64,000 nt of DNA, from assembly GCA_964575425.1 (NCBI GenBank), contig CAZNRD010000005.1, forward strand, positions 23,851-87,850, read 5' to 3'. The DNA is from an uncultured Anaerolineaceae bacterium (GTDB lineage Bacteria > Chloroflexota > Anaerolineae > Anaerolineales > E44-bin32). The notes under the pieces were generated by a model. The model saw nothing but the letters and a program-made list of their open reading frames with translations, was not told the DNA's origin and made no database searches. Shown one piece after another: positions 9,626 to 18,309 of this stretch. Position 1 is the first letter of the stretch. Every line of letters starts with the position of its first letter. The translations under genes were made by a program, and so were the position numbers.

Positions 9626-11292
9626 GCAGCACGGCCCGTTCCCTGGCGAAGGAGATCCTGGGATGCATTCCACTGGCAGCGGACGCGGCTCAGAAACTGA
9701 AGCCGAATGGGCCAGTGCCCATCTCGGGTTACTCCCTCGACAGGCTTGCCGGGCTCCTGCCGTCCTGGAAGGAGGCTACACTGCGTTTCCGCCGCAGGGT
9801 CGAAGGGCAGGAGCCGCGCCGGATCCTGGTGTTTGGGTATCTGCGATGGTGGTTGGAATGCTCATGCGCCATCAGCTTGCTCCTCGCGGCGGAAGGGCAC
9901 CGGGTTGACCTCGCGTTTCTGCCCTACCGGCGGTGGACTGAGAGGATGCCCAGGTTCGACACACAGCGGCAGAGCATCTACATGCGGGGCGTATTGGCCG
10001 CTCTCGAACCGGTTGTGCGGATCCTTCCGCTGAGAGCGGGAACCGACCGGGTGCTGAAGCCCGAACTTGAGAGAGCCTTGGAACGGCTCAGCCGGATCGA
10101 CGTGCAGTACACGGAGATGCGCGAGAAGCTTGACCTTGGCCCAACAGGCCGGGACACGCCCTTGCTGCGTCTGCGCCTTGCACGCAACCGGGCCGCCGCG
10201 CGCGCTGCTCAGCGACGGCTGCGCGCCGAGCCCTACGACACGGTTGTTGTCCCGAATGGCGCCATCCTGGAGTTCGGTGCCGTCTATCACGCTGCCCGCA
10301 GCCTGGGCCTGCGCGTTGTGACGTACGAGTTTGGCGAACAGCGGGAACGAGTCTGGCTGTCGCAGGAGGCGGAGGTGATGCGCCTGGACATCACGCCTCT
10401 CTGGGATGTTCGCGGTCAAGACCCCCTCACGCCGGGCGAAATGGAGGCTGTTCGTCGACTACACCGGGCTCGTCGTGGCGCGCGCCTGTGGGCCCACTTT
10501 GGGCGGCAATGGCAGGTGGGCGAAAGCAGCGGCGCGCAAAATGCCCGGAGCCAGCTCGGCCTCGACGCGCGCCATCCGGTGGTTCTCCTGTGCACCAATG
10601 TCGTTGGCGACAGCCTGTCTCTCGGACGGCAGGTGTTCACCGACGGGATGGCGGCCTGGCTGGCTCTTACCGTTCAGTATTTCGCCAGCCGCCCAGAGGC
10701 ACAGCTGATCGTCCGGATTCACCCCGGGGAGTCCTATGGGACCGGTCATCCCTCGGCCGAAATCGTTCGTCAGGCCATGCCAGTCCTTCCCGCCCATGTG
10801 AAAGTTGTCCCGCCCGATTCGGCGATCAACACCTATGATCTGATCGAGCTCGCGCACTTCGGCGTGGTGTACACATCGACCTCGGGGCTGGAGATGGCGA
10901 TGAGCGGTGTCCCGGTTGTCGTCTGTGGCGCCACGCACTATCGCGGCAAGGGATTCACGTACGAACCAGCCTCAGAAAGAGCCTATGTCAGCTTGCTCGA
11001 CGAGCTACTGCGCCAGCCCCTCGGTCGACGGCTGGAGAAGGAGATCGTCGAGAAAGCCTGGCGCTATGCTCACCGGTTCTTCTTTGAGTTCCCGTTTCCG
11101 TTCCCCTGGCACATTGAGCACTTCTGGGAAGACATTGCGGCACGGCCGTTCGAGGAGGTCGTCTCGGAGGCAGGGCGCGCATGCTATCGGTCGACCCTGG
11201 ACGCCATCGCAGGCTGGCCGATTGACTGGCGGGAACGGGCGCGTGAGAGCCAGCAGGCGACGGCGGATGTGATGGCTGAGGCATTCCGGTGA
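9622..11292 (+). CDS. KpsC/KpsS-like (Capsule_synth-type, GT-B) transferase, paralog 1
   Basis: ORF trimmed to ATG 9622 (ATGA overlap with the wzt stop). The blocks LIVRIHPGESYG and VVYTSTSGLEMAMSGVPVVVCGATHYRGKGFT resemble the VKVHPD and VVTSQYGFEALLAGKPV blocks that I recall from E. coli KpsC. Collinear paralog at 31826..33442. Confidence 0.5.
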   Translation: MSSTARSLAKEILGCIPLAADAAQKLKPNGPVPISGYSLDRLAGLLPSWKEATLRFRRRVEGQEPRRILVFGYLRWWLECSCAISLLLAAEGHRVDLAFLPYRRWTERMPRFDTQRQSIYMRGVLAALEPVVRILPLRAGTDRVLKPELERALERLSRIDVQYTEMREKLDLGPTGRDTPLLRLRLARNRAAARAAQRRLRAEPYDTVVVPNGAILEFGAVYHAARSLGLRVVTYEFGEQRERVWLSQEAEVMRLDITPLWDVRGQDPLTPGEMEAVRRLHRARRGARLWAHFGRQWQVGESSGAQNARSQLGLDARHPVVLLCTNVVGDSLSLGRQVFTDGMAAWLALTVQYFASRPEAQLIVRIHPGESYGTGHPSAEIVRQAMPVLPAHVKVVPPDSAINTYDLIELAHFGVVYTSTSGLEMAMSGVPVVVCGATHYRGKGFTYEPASERAYVSLLDELLRQPLGRRLEKEIVEKAWRYAHRFFFEFPFPFPWHIEHFWEDIAARPFEEVVSEAGRACYRSTLDAIAGWPIDWRERARESQQATADVMAEAFR

Positions 11293-12182
11293 ACGCGCCC
11301 CGTGATATTCGGGCCGAAGTGAAGGCCTTCTACGAGGAGGTCGGCTGGCGGGAGATCGGCGAGGGTCTCTATCAGAATGCTCGTTATGAGGACCTGCGTC
11401 CGGTCGCACGGCAGTACATCCGCCGGTGCCACCTCCGCGTGAGTCGGCATCTGCCCGCGCAGGGAAAGAGGTTGCTGGATGCGGGCTCTGGCCCGATTCA
11501 GTATCCGGAGTACCTGGAGTACTCGCGGAAGCATGGCGAAAGGGTATGCCTGGACCTTTCACGCCGGGCCCTGCTCGAGGCGCGCCGCCGCATCGGAGCG
11601 CATGGCCGTTTTGTCGTCGGCGATATCGCCGCGCTCCCCTTTGTGGGAGGAGCATTCGACGGCCTGGTGTCCCTTCACACCCTGCATCATCTTCCCGGCA
11701 GTGAACAGCCCCGGGCCCTTGCCGAAATGGTTCGGGTGTTGGCTCCCGACGGCAGGGGAGTTGCAGTCTACAGTTGGGGCGATCATTCGCCGCTGATGCG
11801 GTTGACGCACTTGCCGATAAGGGTGGCTCTTGGAATCCTTCGCTGGCTCCGCCGTCTCCGCCTGGCCCGTCCTGCCAACCCAGCCCTCGCCGGACAGGGG
11901 GACCAGGCGCCCACGGGGACTTTCACCTGCCAGGTGCCCTATCGCGAACTACGGAAGGCGCTGGGGTTCGTCCCTGGCCTAGAATTTGTCGTGTGGCGCA
12001 CTGTCAGCACATCCTTCCTGCGGGCCTTCATTCACCGTCGCCTGGGCGGGGTCATCTGGCTTCGACTGCTGTACGCGCTCGAGGAGCTCTTCCCGCATGT
12101 GCTGGGGCGTATCGGCCAGTATGCCATGATTGTGTTTCACCGCCCAGGCTTGGGCAGCCCAAGACACGAAGGGACAAGCTAG
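11289..12182 (+). CDS. Class I SAM-dependent methyltransferase (type 11-like)
   Basis: 297 aa with a GTGA overlap on the upstream stop. Motifs: LLDAGSGPIQYPEYL, FVVGDIAALPFVGGAFDGLVSLHTLHHL, LAPDGRGVAVY. Confidence 0.7.
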   Translation: MNAPRDIRAEVKAFYEEVGWREIGEGLYQNARYEDLRPVARQYIRRCHLRVSRHLPAQGKRLLDAGSGPIQYPEYLEYSRKHGERVCLDLSRRALLEARRRIGAHGRFVVGDIAALPFVGGAFDGLVSLHTLHHLPGSEQPRALAEMVRVLAPDGRGVAVYSWGDHSPLMRLTHLPIRVALGILRWLRRLRLARPANPALAGQGDQAPTGTFTCQVPYRELRKALGFVPGLEFVVWRTVSTSFLRAFIHRRLGGVIWLRLLYALEELFPHVLGRIGQYAMIVFHRPGLGSPRHEGTS

Positions 12183-13178
12183 ATGGACTGGACAGGGAAA
12201 GTTGTGCTGGTCACGGGCGGAACGGGATCCTTCGGCCGAAAGTTCGTTGAGATCATGCTGCAGGAGTACCATCCGGCCAAGCTGATCGTGTTCAGCAGAG
12301 ATGAGCTCAAGCAACATGAGATGCGAGTAGCTGGCCTTGAGCACCCGAGCCTGCGCTATTTCATCGGGGATGTGCGTGACTGCGATCGGCTGCGTCGGGC
12401 GATGCACGGGGTTCACATTGTTGTCCACGCGGCTGCGATGAAGCAGGTCCCGGCCTGCGAGTACAACCCGATTGAAGCGATCATGACGAACATCATGGGT
12501 GGCCGCAATGTGGTCGAAGCGGCGCTGGACACACGTGTGGAACGGGTGATGGCCATCAGCACCGACAAGGCCGTCAATCCGGTGAATCTGTACGGGGCCA
12601 CGAAACTGGCGGCGGAGAAGCTGTTCGTGCAGTCCAACTCCTACGCCGGGTCTACGGGGACTCGGTTCTCCTGCGTCCGGTATGGGAATGTGATCGGCAG
12701 CCGCGGCAGTGTTGTCCCCGTCTTCTTGCATCAGCGACACAGCGGGACGATCACGCTCACTGACGATCGCATGACTCGCTTCTGGCTGACGCTGGAGCAG
12801 GGAGTTCGCTTCACCATCCGCTGCATCGCCGAGATGCGGGGCGGGGAGGTGTTCGTGCCGAAGATCCCCAGCATGCGGGTGATCGACCTGGCCCGGGCCA
12901 TTGCTCCCGAAAGTCGGATCGAGCGCATTGGGATACGGCCAGGGGAGAAGCTGCACGAGGTGCTCGTCTCGGAGGACGAAGCGCGCCACACGGTGGAACT
13001 GGGGGATATGTTCGTGGTTCAGCCGCCGGAGGGATTCTGGTTTGGGCGCGAGTGGAGTGAGCGCGGAAGAGCGCTGCCAGAGGGTTTCCTCTACGCCAGT
13101 GATACGAACGATCGGTGGCTGACTCTCGAGGATATCCAGACCCTGGCGCTACCGGTTGAGGGCCGGGAGCGCGAGTAG
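12183..13178 (+). CDS. pseB: UDP-N-acetylglucosamine 4,6-dehydratase (inverting), PseB/FlaA1 type
   Basis: 331 aa. Motifs: VLVTGGTGSFGRKF, FSRDELKQHEM, YFIGDVRDCDRL, HAAAMKQVPACEYNPIEAIMTNIMG, STDKAVNPVNLYGATKLAAEKLF, RFSCVRYGNVIGSRGSVVP, RMTRFWLTLEQGV, GIRPGEKLHEVL. This is near-collinear with the PseB consensus rather than CapE/FnlA. Confidence 0.85.
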   Translation: MDWTGKVVLVTGGTGSFGRKFVEIMLQEYHPAKLIVFSRDELKQHEMRVAGLEHPSLRYFIGDVRDCDRLRRAMHGVHIVVHAAAMKQVPACEYNPIEAIMTNIMGGRNVVEAALDTRVERVMAISTDKAVNPVNLYGATKLAAEKLFVQSNSYAGSTGTRFSCVRYGNVIGSRGSVVPVFLHQRHSGTITLTDDRMTRFWLTLEQGVRFTIRCIAEMRGGEVFVPKIPSMRVIDLARAIAPESRIERIGIRPGEKLHEVLVSEDEARHTVELGDMFVVQPPEGFWFGREWSERGRALPEGFLYASDTNDRWLTLEDIQTLALPVEGRERE

Positions 13179-13188
13179 GTGATCAGCC

Positions 13189-14139
13189 GTGGCTCGAGTG
13201 ATGATCACCGGTGCCAGCGGCCTGCTGGGCGCCAATCTAGTCCTGGACGCCCTGGGAGCAGGCCATCAGGTGATCGCCGTGTCCTTTCGGCATGCTGTGC
13301 GGCATCCGAAGGTTGAGTCAGTGGCGGCTGATCTGAGCTGCCCGGGCGAGGCCCGAAGGATCCTGGGCGATTGGCGACCACAGTGGGTGGTGCACTGCGC
13401 GGCAGCCACCGACGTTGATGCCTGCGAGGCAGAGCCGGTCAAGGCCTTCCGCCTCAACCGAGACATGGCGGGGCAGGTGGCGATGGCGGCGCGCGCCGTT
13501 GGTGCCCGCTTGGTGCACATCTCGACAGATGCGGTCTTTGACGGAGAGAGAGGCGATTACACGGAGGACGACGAACCCCATCCGATCAACGTGTACGGGG
13601 AGAGCAAACTCGAGGGCGAGCGGGTTGCCCGCCATGAGCATCCGGAGGCGCTGATCGTGAGGACCAACATCTATGGCTGGAATGCCCAGCCCAAACAGTG
13701 CCTGTCGGAATGGTTCCTCTCCAGACTTCGGGCTGGCCGGGAGTCCCCCGGCTTCGTGGATGCATGGTTCTCGCCGATCCTGGCGAAGGACCTCGGGGCG
13801 ATCCTGTTGCGACTCCTGAGCGAGGGGAGAGTCGGAGTCTGGCATGTTGGAGGCCGGGACTGCCTGAGCAAGTTCGACTTCGGGGTCTTGATCGCCCAGG
13901 TGTTTGGGCACAATTCCCACCTGATCAAGCCCGAGGCGATGCAGGACAGCCGGCTCCGGGCGCGCCGGGGGAGGCGCCTCTGCCTTCAGTCAAGCCGTAT
14001 GCCGACCCTGGACGGGGTTCAGCTTCCACACGTGTACGAGGGATTGAGACGCTGGAAACGACAGGAGAGAGAGGGCACGACCGTGGAGCTTCGTCGCCTC
14101 GTGACTTCGGAGGGAGAGGCCTGTAACCGGGATGTATGA
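13189..14139 (+). CDS. RmlD-like NAD(P)-dependent sugar 4-ketoreductase (dTDP-4-dehydrorhamnose reductase family)
   Basis: 316 aa from GTG 13189; ATG 13201, giving MITGASGLLGANL, is an equally good start. Motifs: VVHCAAATDVDACEAEP, LVHISTDAVFDGERGDYTEDDEPHPINVYGESKLEGE. Confidence 0.7.
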   Translation: MARVMITGASGLLGANLVLDALGAGHQVIAVSFRHAVRHPKVESVAADLSCPGEARRILGDWRPQWVVHCAAATDVDACEAEPVKAFRLNRDMAGQVAMAARAVGARLVHISTDAVFDGERGDYTEDDEPHPINVYGESKLEGERVARHEHPEALIVRTNIYGWNAQPKQCLSEWFLSRLRAGRESPGFVDAWFSPILAKDLGAILLRLLSEGRVGVWHVGGRDCLSKFDFGVLIAQVFGHNSHLIKPEAMQDSRLRARRGRRLCLQSSRMPTLDGVQLPHVYEGLRRWKRQEREGTTVELRRLVTSEGEACNRDV

Positions 14140-14956
14140 AGTACTCGAGGTCTCCCTGGGAGACACCCCCCGACTGTTCCGGTATCACCAGGACGGCGTC
14201 TATGGCGCGCAGTTCAATCTGAAGGGCTTCGCCTACCCATGGCTGGTGTCCTCAAGGTCGTGGTCGAAAGCCGAACGCGTGCTTGATGTCGGCGGCGGCT
14301 ACTCGGACCTGCCAGTCTACCTTGCCAATGCATTTGGCTGCGAAGTGTGGGTAGTGGATGACTTTGGCATGGCCAGCGGCGAACCCTTCTGGAAGCGACG
14401 TCGTGATCCTTGTGAGCATGCCCGCGCTCATCCTGAGGTCCGCTTTACTTTCGAGCGGCTCGGAGACCCCCGCCTATCGAGCCTGCCTGCCGGGGGCTTC
14501 GACTGTGTCTACAGCCTATCGACGCTTGAACATGTGCCGGCCGAGAAGACCGCGGATGTCTGGAGCCACATGGATCATCTCCTTCGCCCGGGCGGTGAGA
14601 TGCTGCATTCGGTGGACCTGGGATTTCCTGTGAAACGCGGGATGGCATCGGTTCTCAAGGCCATCGCAATCGACGCGGTGTTCGGAGCGATACCGGCAAC
14701 CATGAGACGCAGATACATCTTTCACACACCGCGGGCCTATGCGCGCTTCGTCGTTTGCTCGGTGCTCAGGGCACCGTTGCGGCAAGACGTCCAACTTGCG
14801 GTGAGCCGAATGGTCTTCGACCCCGAGGTTGTCGCCGAATCGATGGAGAACACGTACAACAGGATGATCAAGGACGGCGTGACCCATGTGCGCCACGGCA
14901 AGACCGGGACACTGTTGCTTCGACTGCGAAAGCTGGAGGAGAGGAGCTTGCCATGA
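14132..14956 (+). CDS. Class I SAM-dependent methyltransferase
   Basis: 274 aa with an 8-nt overlap on the upstream gene. Motifs: RVLDVGGGYSDLPVYLANAFGCEVWVVDDF, FDCVYSLSTLEHV, LRPGGEMLHSVDL. Confidence 0.65.
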   Translation: MYEVLEVSLGDTPRLFRYHQDGVYGAQFNLKGFAYPWLVSSRSWSKAERVLDVGGGYSDLPVYLANAFGCEVWVVDDFGMASGEPFWKRRRDPCEHARAHPEVRFTFERLGDPRLSSLPAGGFDCVYSLSTLEHVPAEKTADVWSHMDHLLRPGGEMLHSVDLGFPVKRGMASVLKAIAIDAVFGAIPATMRRRYIFHTPRAYARFVVCSVLRAPLRQDVQLAVSRMVFDPEVVAESMENTYNRMIKDGVTHVRHGKTGTLLLRLRKLEERSLP

Positions 14957-16026
14957 GCGGAGAAATCCGGATCCTGGACCGTTGGATCGGAGCAGGCCAC
15001 CCAACCTACTTCATTGCAGACATCTCGGCGAATCATGATGGCGACCTGAGCCGTGCGAAGCGGCTGATCCATCTCGCCGCTGAGGCCGGCGCGGACGCGG
15101 CCAAGTTCCAGAACTTCCGGGCCCCAAAGATCGTCAGCGACTACGGTTTCCGCACGATGGGCTTGCAGGTTTCCCACCAGGCGGGCTGGAAGAAGTCGGT
15201 CTATGAGGTCTACGCCGATGCATCCATCCCCTTCGAATGGACACCGGAACTGAAGGTCACCTGCGCCGAGGCCGGCATCCACTACTTCTCGTCGCCCTAC
15301 GACTTTGAAGCGGTCGATGTGTTGGACCCTCATGTGCCGGCTCACAAGATCGGCTCGGGCGATATCACCTGGCTGGAGATCATTCGTTACATTGCAGGCA
15401 AGGGGAAGCCGGTGTTTCTGGCCACGGGAGCCTCGGAGATCGGCGATGTTCAGCGTGCCGTTCATGCGGTGCTGGAGATCAACCCTCAATTGGTCCTGAT
15501 GCAGTGCAACACCAACTACACTGCCAGTCCAGACAACTTTGACGACATGCACCTGAATGTGCTCAAGACCTATGGAACCATGTTCCCGGAAGTGGTGCTG
15601 GGCCTGTCCGACCACACCCCTGGGCACGCGACGGTTCTGGGAGCCGTTGCCCTCGGGGCGCGCGTTATCGAGAAGCACTTCACGGATGACAACCGGCGAA
15701 TCGGCCCCGATCATCCCTTTTCCATGACCCCCGAGACCTGGCGGGAAATGGTTGACCGGACACGCGAGCTGGAGAAGGCCTTGGGATCTGCCGACAAACG
15801 CGTGGCAGATAACGAGAGGGAGACAGTTGTGATTCAGCGCCGCTGCCTGCGGGCGGCGCGCGACATCTGCTCCGGGGAGGTGCTCACCCGAGGCATGATC
15901 GATGTCCTGCGACCGGCCGCCGCAGGAGCCATTCCGCCGTTTGAGATCGAGTCCGTTGTGGGCACGCGAGCGCTTGTGGATATCCCGGCTGGCGAGGTGC
16001 TGCGCTGGACGATGCTGGGATCGTGA
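14953..16026 (+). CDS. NeuB-family nonulosonic acid synthase (PseI/LegI/NeuB-like) with C-terminal SAF domain
   Basis: ORF 14755..16026 trimmed to ATG 14953 (ATGA overlap). The N-terminus IGAGHPTYFIADISANHDGDLSRAKRLIHLAAEAGADAAKFQNF is the NeuB TIM-barrel opening. The C-terminus RRCLRAARDICSGEVLTRGMIDVLRP...IPAGEVLRWTML is SAF-like. Confidence 0.85.
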   Translation: MSGEIRILDRWIGAGHPTYFIADISANHDGDLSRAKRLIHLAAEAGADAAKFQNFRAPKIVSDYGFRTMGLQVSHQAGWKKSVYEVYADASIPFEWTPELKVTCAEAGIHYFSSPYDFEAVDVLDPHVPAHKIGSGDITWLEIIRYIAGKGKPVFLATGASEIGDVQRAVHAVLEINPQLVLMQCNTNYTASPDNFDDMHLNVLKTYGTMFPEVVLGLSDHTPGHATVLGAVALGARVIEKHFTDDNRRIGPDHPFSMTPETWREMVDRTRELEKALGSADKRVADNERETVVIQRRCLRAARDICSGEVLTRGMIDVLRPAAAGAIPPFEIESVVGTRALVDIPAGEVLRWTMLGS

Positions 16027-16047
16027 GCATCGGGGAGCGAGGACAGG

Positions 16048-16299
16048 TTGAGCCAACAGAACGATCGCTTCCGGCAGGAAGTCAAGGACCTGATCAGTGA
16101 GGTCTTCAATCTGCCGCGAGAGACAGTGAGCGATCAGCTTGCCTTTGGGGAGATCTCGGAGTGGGATTCCCTGGGCCACATGGACCTGCTCATGGCTCTT
16201 GAGTCCCGCTACGACATCCCGCTGGATGAGGAGCTGATCACCAGGCTTGTATCCGTGGAAGCCATCTGCACGTATCTGCGGGAGCGGGATCATGCATGA
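16048..16299 (+). CDS. Acyl/aminoacyl carrier protein (phosphopantetheine-binding)
   Basis: 83 aa from a TTG start, with SD GGGGAG/GAGGA 4-11 nt upstream. FGEISEWDSLGHMDLLMALESRYDI contains the DSL-type attachment serine context of carrier proteins. Confidence 0.75.
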   Translation: MSQQNDRFRQEVKDLISEVFNLPRETVSDQLAFGEISEWDSLGHMDLLMALESRYDIPLDEELITRLVSVEAICTYLRERDHA

Positions 16300-17491
16300 G
16301 TACACCATTCACCTGGGGGAGGCAATGCGCATCCCAGACTTCCTGGTTGGCGATGTGCAGTCGCGGCTGGCCTACGTGGATGAGGCCATCGCAACCGTGG
16401 CAGTGGCGGCGGATGGCATGAGCATTCGCTTGAGCGCGCAACAAGAACTGGTCCCAGGCCATCTTGCAGAGATCGAGTCGAAGGTCGGACGCGTTATCCG
16501 GGCGATGGTGCCTGGGGCGGTGAGGCCGCGTCAGAAGGTGCTGGAGGATCAGCTCGACCGGCCGGTGCCCAACGCGCAGGATCCCCTTCCGAACCTGGTA
16601 GAGAGAGGGGAGGTGGTACAGGAGGGATCGGGCATTGTCGTTCTAGGCCCCACGATGAGTGCCCTGATCGACTTTTTTGAGAGGCACTTTGTGGAGCTCG
16701 CCCATTCTTTTGGGGCAGTTGGCTACCGGTTCCCGGCACTCATTTCGCCGGAACTCCTGGAGCGGGTCGACTACTTCCGATCCTTCCCGCACTCGCTCAG
16801 CTTCGTGTGCCACATGCGGGAAGACCTGGACGCAATCGAGAAGTTCTCGCAAGAGGCTCGTTGTGATCGTGGTCATCTGCAGATGGACCGGGCGGCGCTC
16901 TCGGCAGTGAGCGCGCTGCTCTCCCCAGCAGTCTGTTTCCATTGCTACGGCGCCCTTGCCGGGAGGCGCCTGCGAGGGGGTCTGTGTGCGACAGCAGTTG
17001 GCAGCTGCTTTCGCTATGAGTCCAGCAACATGGCCGGGGTGGAAAGGTTGTGGAACTTCAGCATGAGGGAGATCATCTTCGTAGGTCCTAAGGATTTCGT
17101 TCTTGAGAGCCGTGAGGCAGCGCGCAAGAAAGTGGCCGACCTGTTGATGGCCTGGGGGTTTGCATACCGGGTCGAAGGCGCGAGCGATCCGTTCTTCGTT
17201 GGCGATTTCAAGAAGCAGGTTGCCTTTCAGAGTGCCTTTCAGCTCAAGTATGAGATCCGGGCTTCCATACCGCACCGGGCCGGGACGCTGGCCGTCGGCT
17301 CCTTCAACTTCCACCAGGACTTCTTTGGGCGTCACCTAGACATCAGCCTGGACGATGGTTCGCCGGCCTTCACAGGCTGTGTGGCGTTCGGCCTTGAGCG
17401 CATGGCGTATGCCTTCGTGGCGCAGTACGGTCTTGCCTCATCCAACTGGCCCGACGCCGTGCGCCATGGGCTGGCAAGCCCGTGGGCGTGA
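16292..17491 (+). CDS. Amino acid--[acyl-carrier-protein] ligase (class-II aaRS catalytic-core homolog, methanogen-type SerRS-like)
   Basis: ORF trimmed to ATG 16292, with an 8-nt overlap on the ACP stop. Motifs: RFPALISPELLERVDYFRSFPHSLSFVCHM, AVCFHCYGAL, GSCFRYES (motif 2-like), ASDPFF, GSFNFHQDFFG, GCVAFGLERMAYAF (motif 3-like). No coiled-coil tRNA-binding arm or anticodon domain is visible. Confidence 0.7.
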   Translation: MHEYTIHLGEAMRIPDFLVGDVQSRLAYVDEAIATVAVAADGMSIRLSAQQELVPGHLAEIESKVGRVIRAMVPGAVRPRQKVLEDQLDRPVPNAQDPLPNLVERGEVVQEGSGIVVLGPTMSALIDFFERHFVELAHSFGAVGYRFPALISPELLERVDYFRSFPHSLSFVCHMREDLDAIEKFSQEARCDRGHLQMDRAALSAVSALLSPAVCFHCYGALAGRRLRGGLCATAVGSCFRYESSNMAGVERLWNFSMREIIFVGPKDFVLESREAARKKVADLLMAWGFAYRVEGASDPFFVGDFKKQVAFQSAFQLKYEIRASIPHRAGTLAVGSFNFHQDFFGRHLDISLDDGSPAFTGCVAFGLERMAYAFVAQYGLASSNWPDAVRHGLASPWA

Positions 17492-17514
17492 GGCCGCTGT
17501 GAGCGGATGGTTCA

Positions 17515-18309
17515 ATGAAAGAAGTGACCCTGGCCCAGGTAATCGATAGTCTAGAAGCCGTCGGCGTCGGCCGAGGAGACGGGGTGCTTGTGCATTCGGC
17601 CATCCAGTACTTTGGCCGGCCTGTCAGCGGGGTTCCGATGTACTGGAAGGCCTTCGAGGTGGTCCTTGGCCCGGAGGGGACACTGGCCGTTCCGGCGTTC
17701 AATTTCGGATTTGCCCGGGGCGAGCCCTTTGACGCGCGGCACACACCCTCCGACCAGATGGGTCTGCTGGCTGAGTACATCCGGTGCCTGCCCAATGCCA
17801 GGCGCAGCCCGCACCCCCTGCAATCTGTGGCCGTCGTCGGTCGCTGGGCCGCGGATATTGCGGCGCGTGATACACCGTCTGCCTTTGATCCGGGTTCAGG
17901 GTTTGAGAGGATGCTCGAGCTCGATTTCCTCATGGTCCTCCTGGGGGCCAGCATCCAGGTCGCCTCGATTGTCCACTACAGCGAACAGAAGGCGCGGGTG
18001 CCGTATCGGTATTGGAAGACTTTTCACGGCACGGTGGTGCGGGGCGGCGCTGCAGTAGTGGCAGAATACCGGATGTTCGCTCGAGATCTGGCACTGGACC
18101 CGCAAAACGACTTCGGGCCCGTACAGACTTGGCTGGAAGGACGAGGACTGTGGCGGCAGGCCCGACTCAACTACGGGCATGTGGCTGCCTGCCGGCTGCG
18201 CGATGTTGTTGCCGCCGCGGATGACCTGTTGGCCCACAATCCATGGGCATTGGTCAAGGATGGCGAGAGGATGAGGGAGCTGGCGGCGGGGATGAGTCGT
18301 GACGTATAA
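17515..18309 (+). CDS. AAC(3)/Antibiotic_NAT-fold N-acyltransferase homolog
   Basis: 264 aa. GVGRGDGVLVHSAIQYFGRPVSGVPMYWKAFEVVLGPEGTLAVPAFNFGF...PSDQMGLLAEYIRCLPNARRSPHPLQSVAVVG is the aminoglycoside 3-N-acetyltransferase family pattern. Confidence 0.7.
   Translation: MKEVTLAQVIDSLEAVGVGRGDGVLVHSAIQYFGRPVSGVPMYWKAFEVVLGPEGTLAVPAFNFGFARGEPFDARHTPSDQMGLLAEYIRCLPNARRSPHPLQSVAVVGRWAADIAARDTPSAFDPGSGFERMLELDFLMVLLGASIQVASIVHYSEQKARVPYRYWKTFHGTVVRGGAAVVAEYRMFARDLALDPQNDFGPVQTWLEGRGLWRQARLNYGHVAACRLRDVVAAADDLLAHNPWALVKDGERMRELAAGMSRDV

Noticed and set aside
14737-16308. 523-aa ORF on the minus strand, antisense to the NeuB-type synthase and ACP genes
   Set aside because: It is a typical high-GC shadow ORF. 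Its composition is Arg/Gly/His/Pro-rich and it has no recognisable motif, while the plus-strand genes have strong family signatures and coupled starts.
16292-17491. Possibility that this is the housekeeping seryl-tRNA synthetase
   Set aside because: There is no N-terminal coiled-coil tRNA-binding arm. It overlaps a carrier-protein gene and is buried in a glycan operon. Its Zn-ligand-like Cys/Glu/Cys pattern fits the aa:carrier-protein ligase subgroup.
17515-18309. Possibility that the AAC(3)-like gene is an aminoglycoside-resistance determinant
   Set aside because: No mobile-element context is present. The gene is tightly packed within a biosynthetic operon beside an ACP and a ligase. Resistance activity cannot be excluded without an assay.
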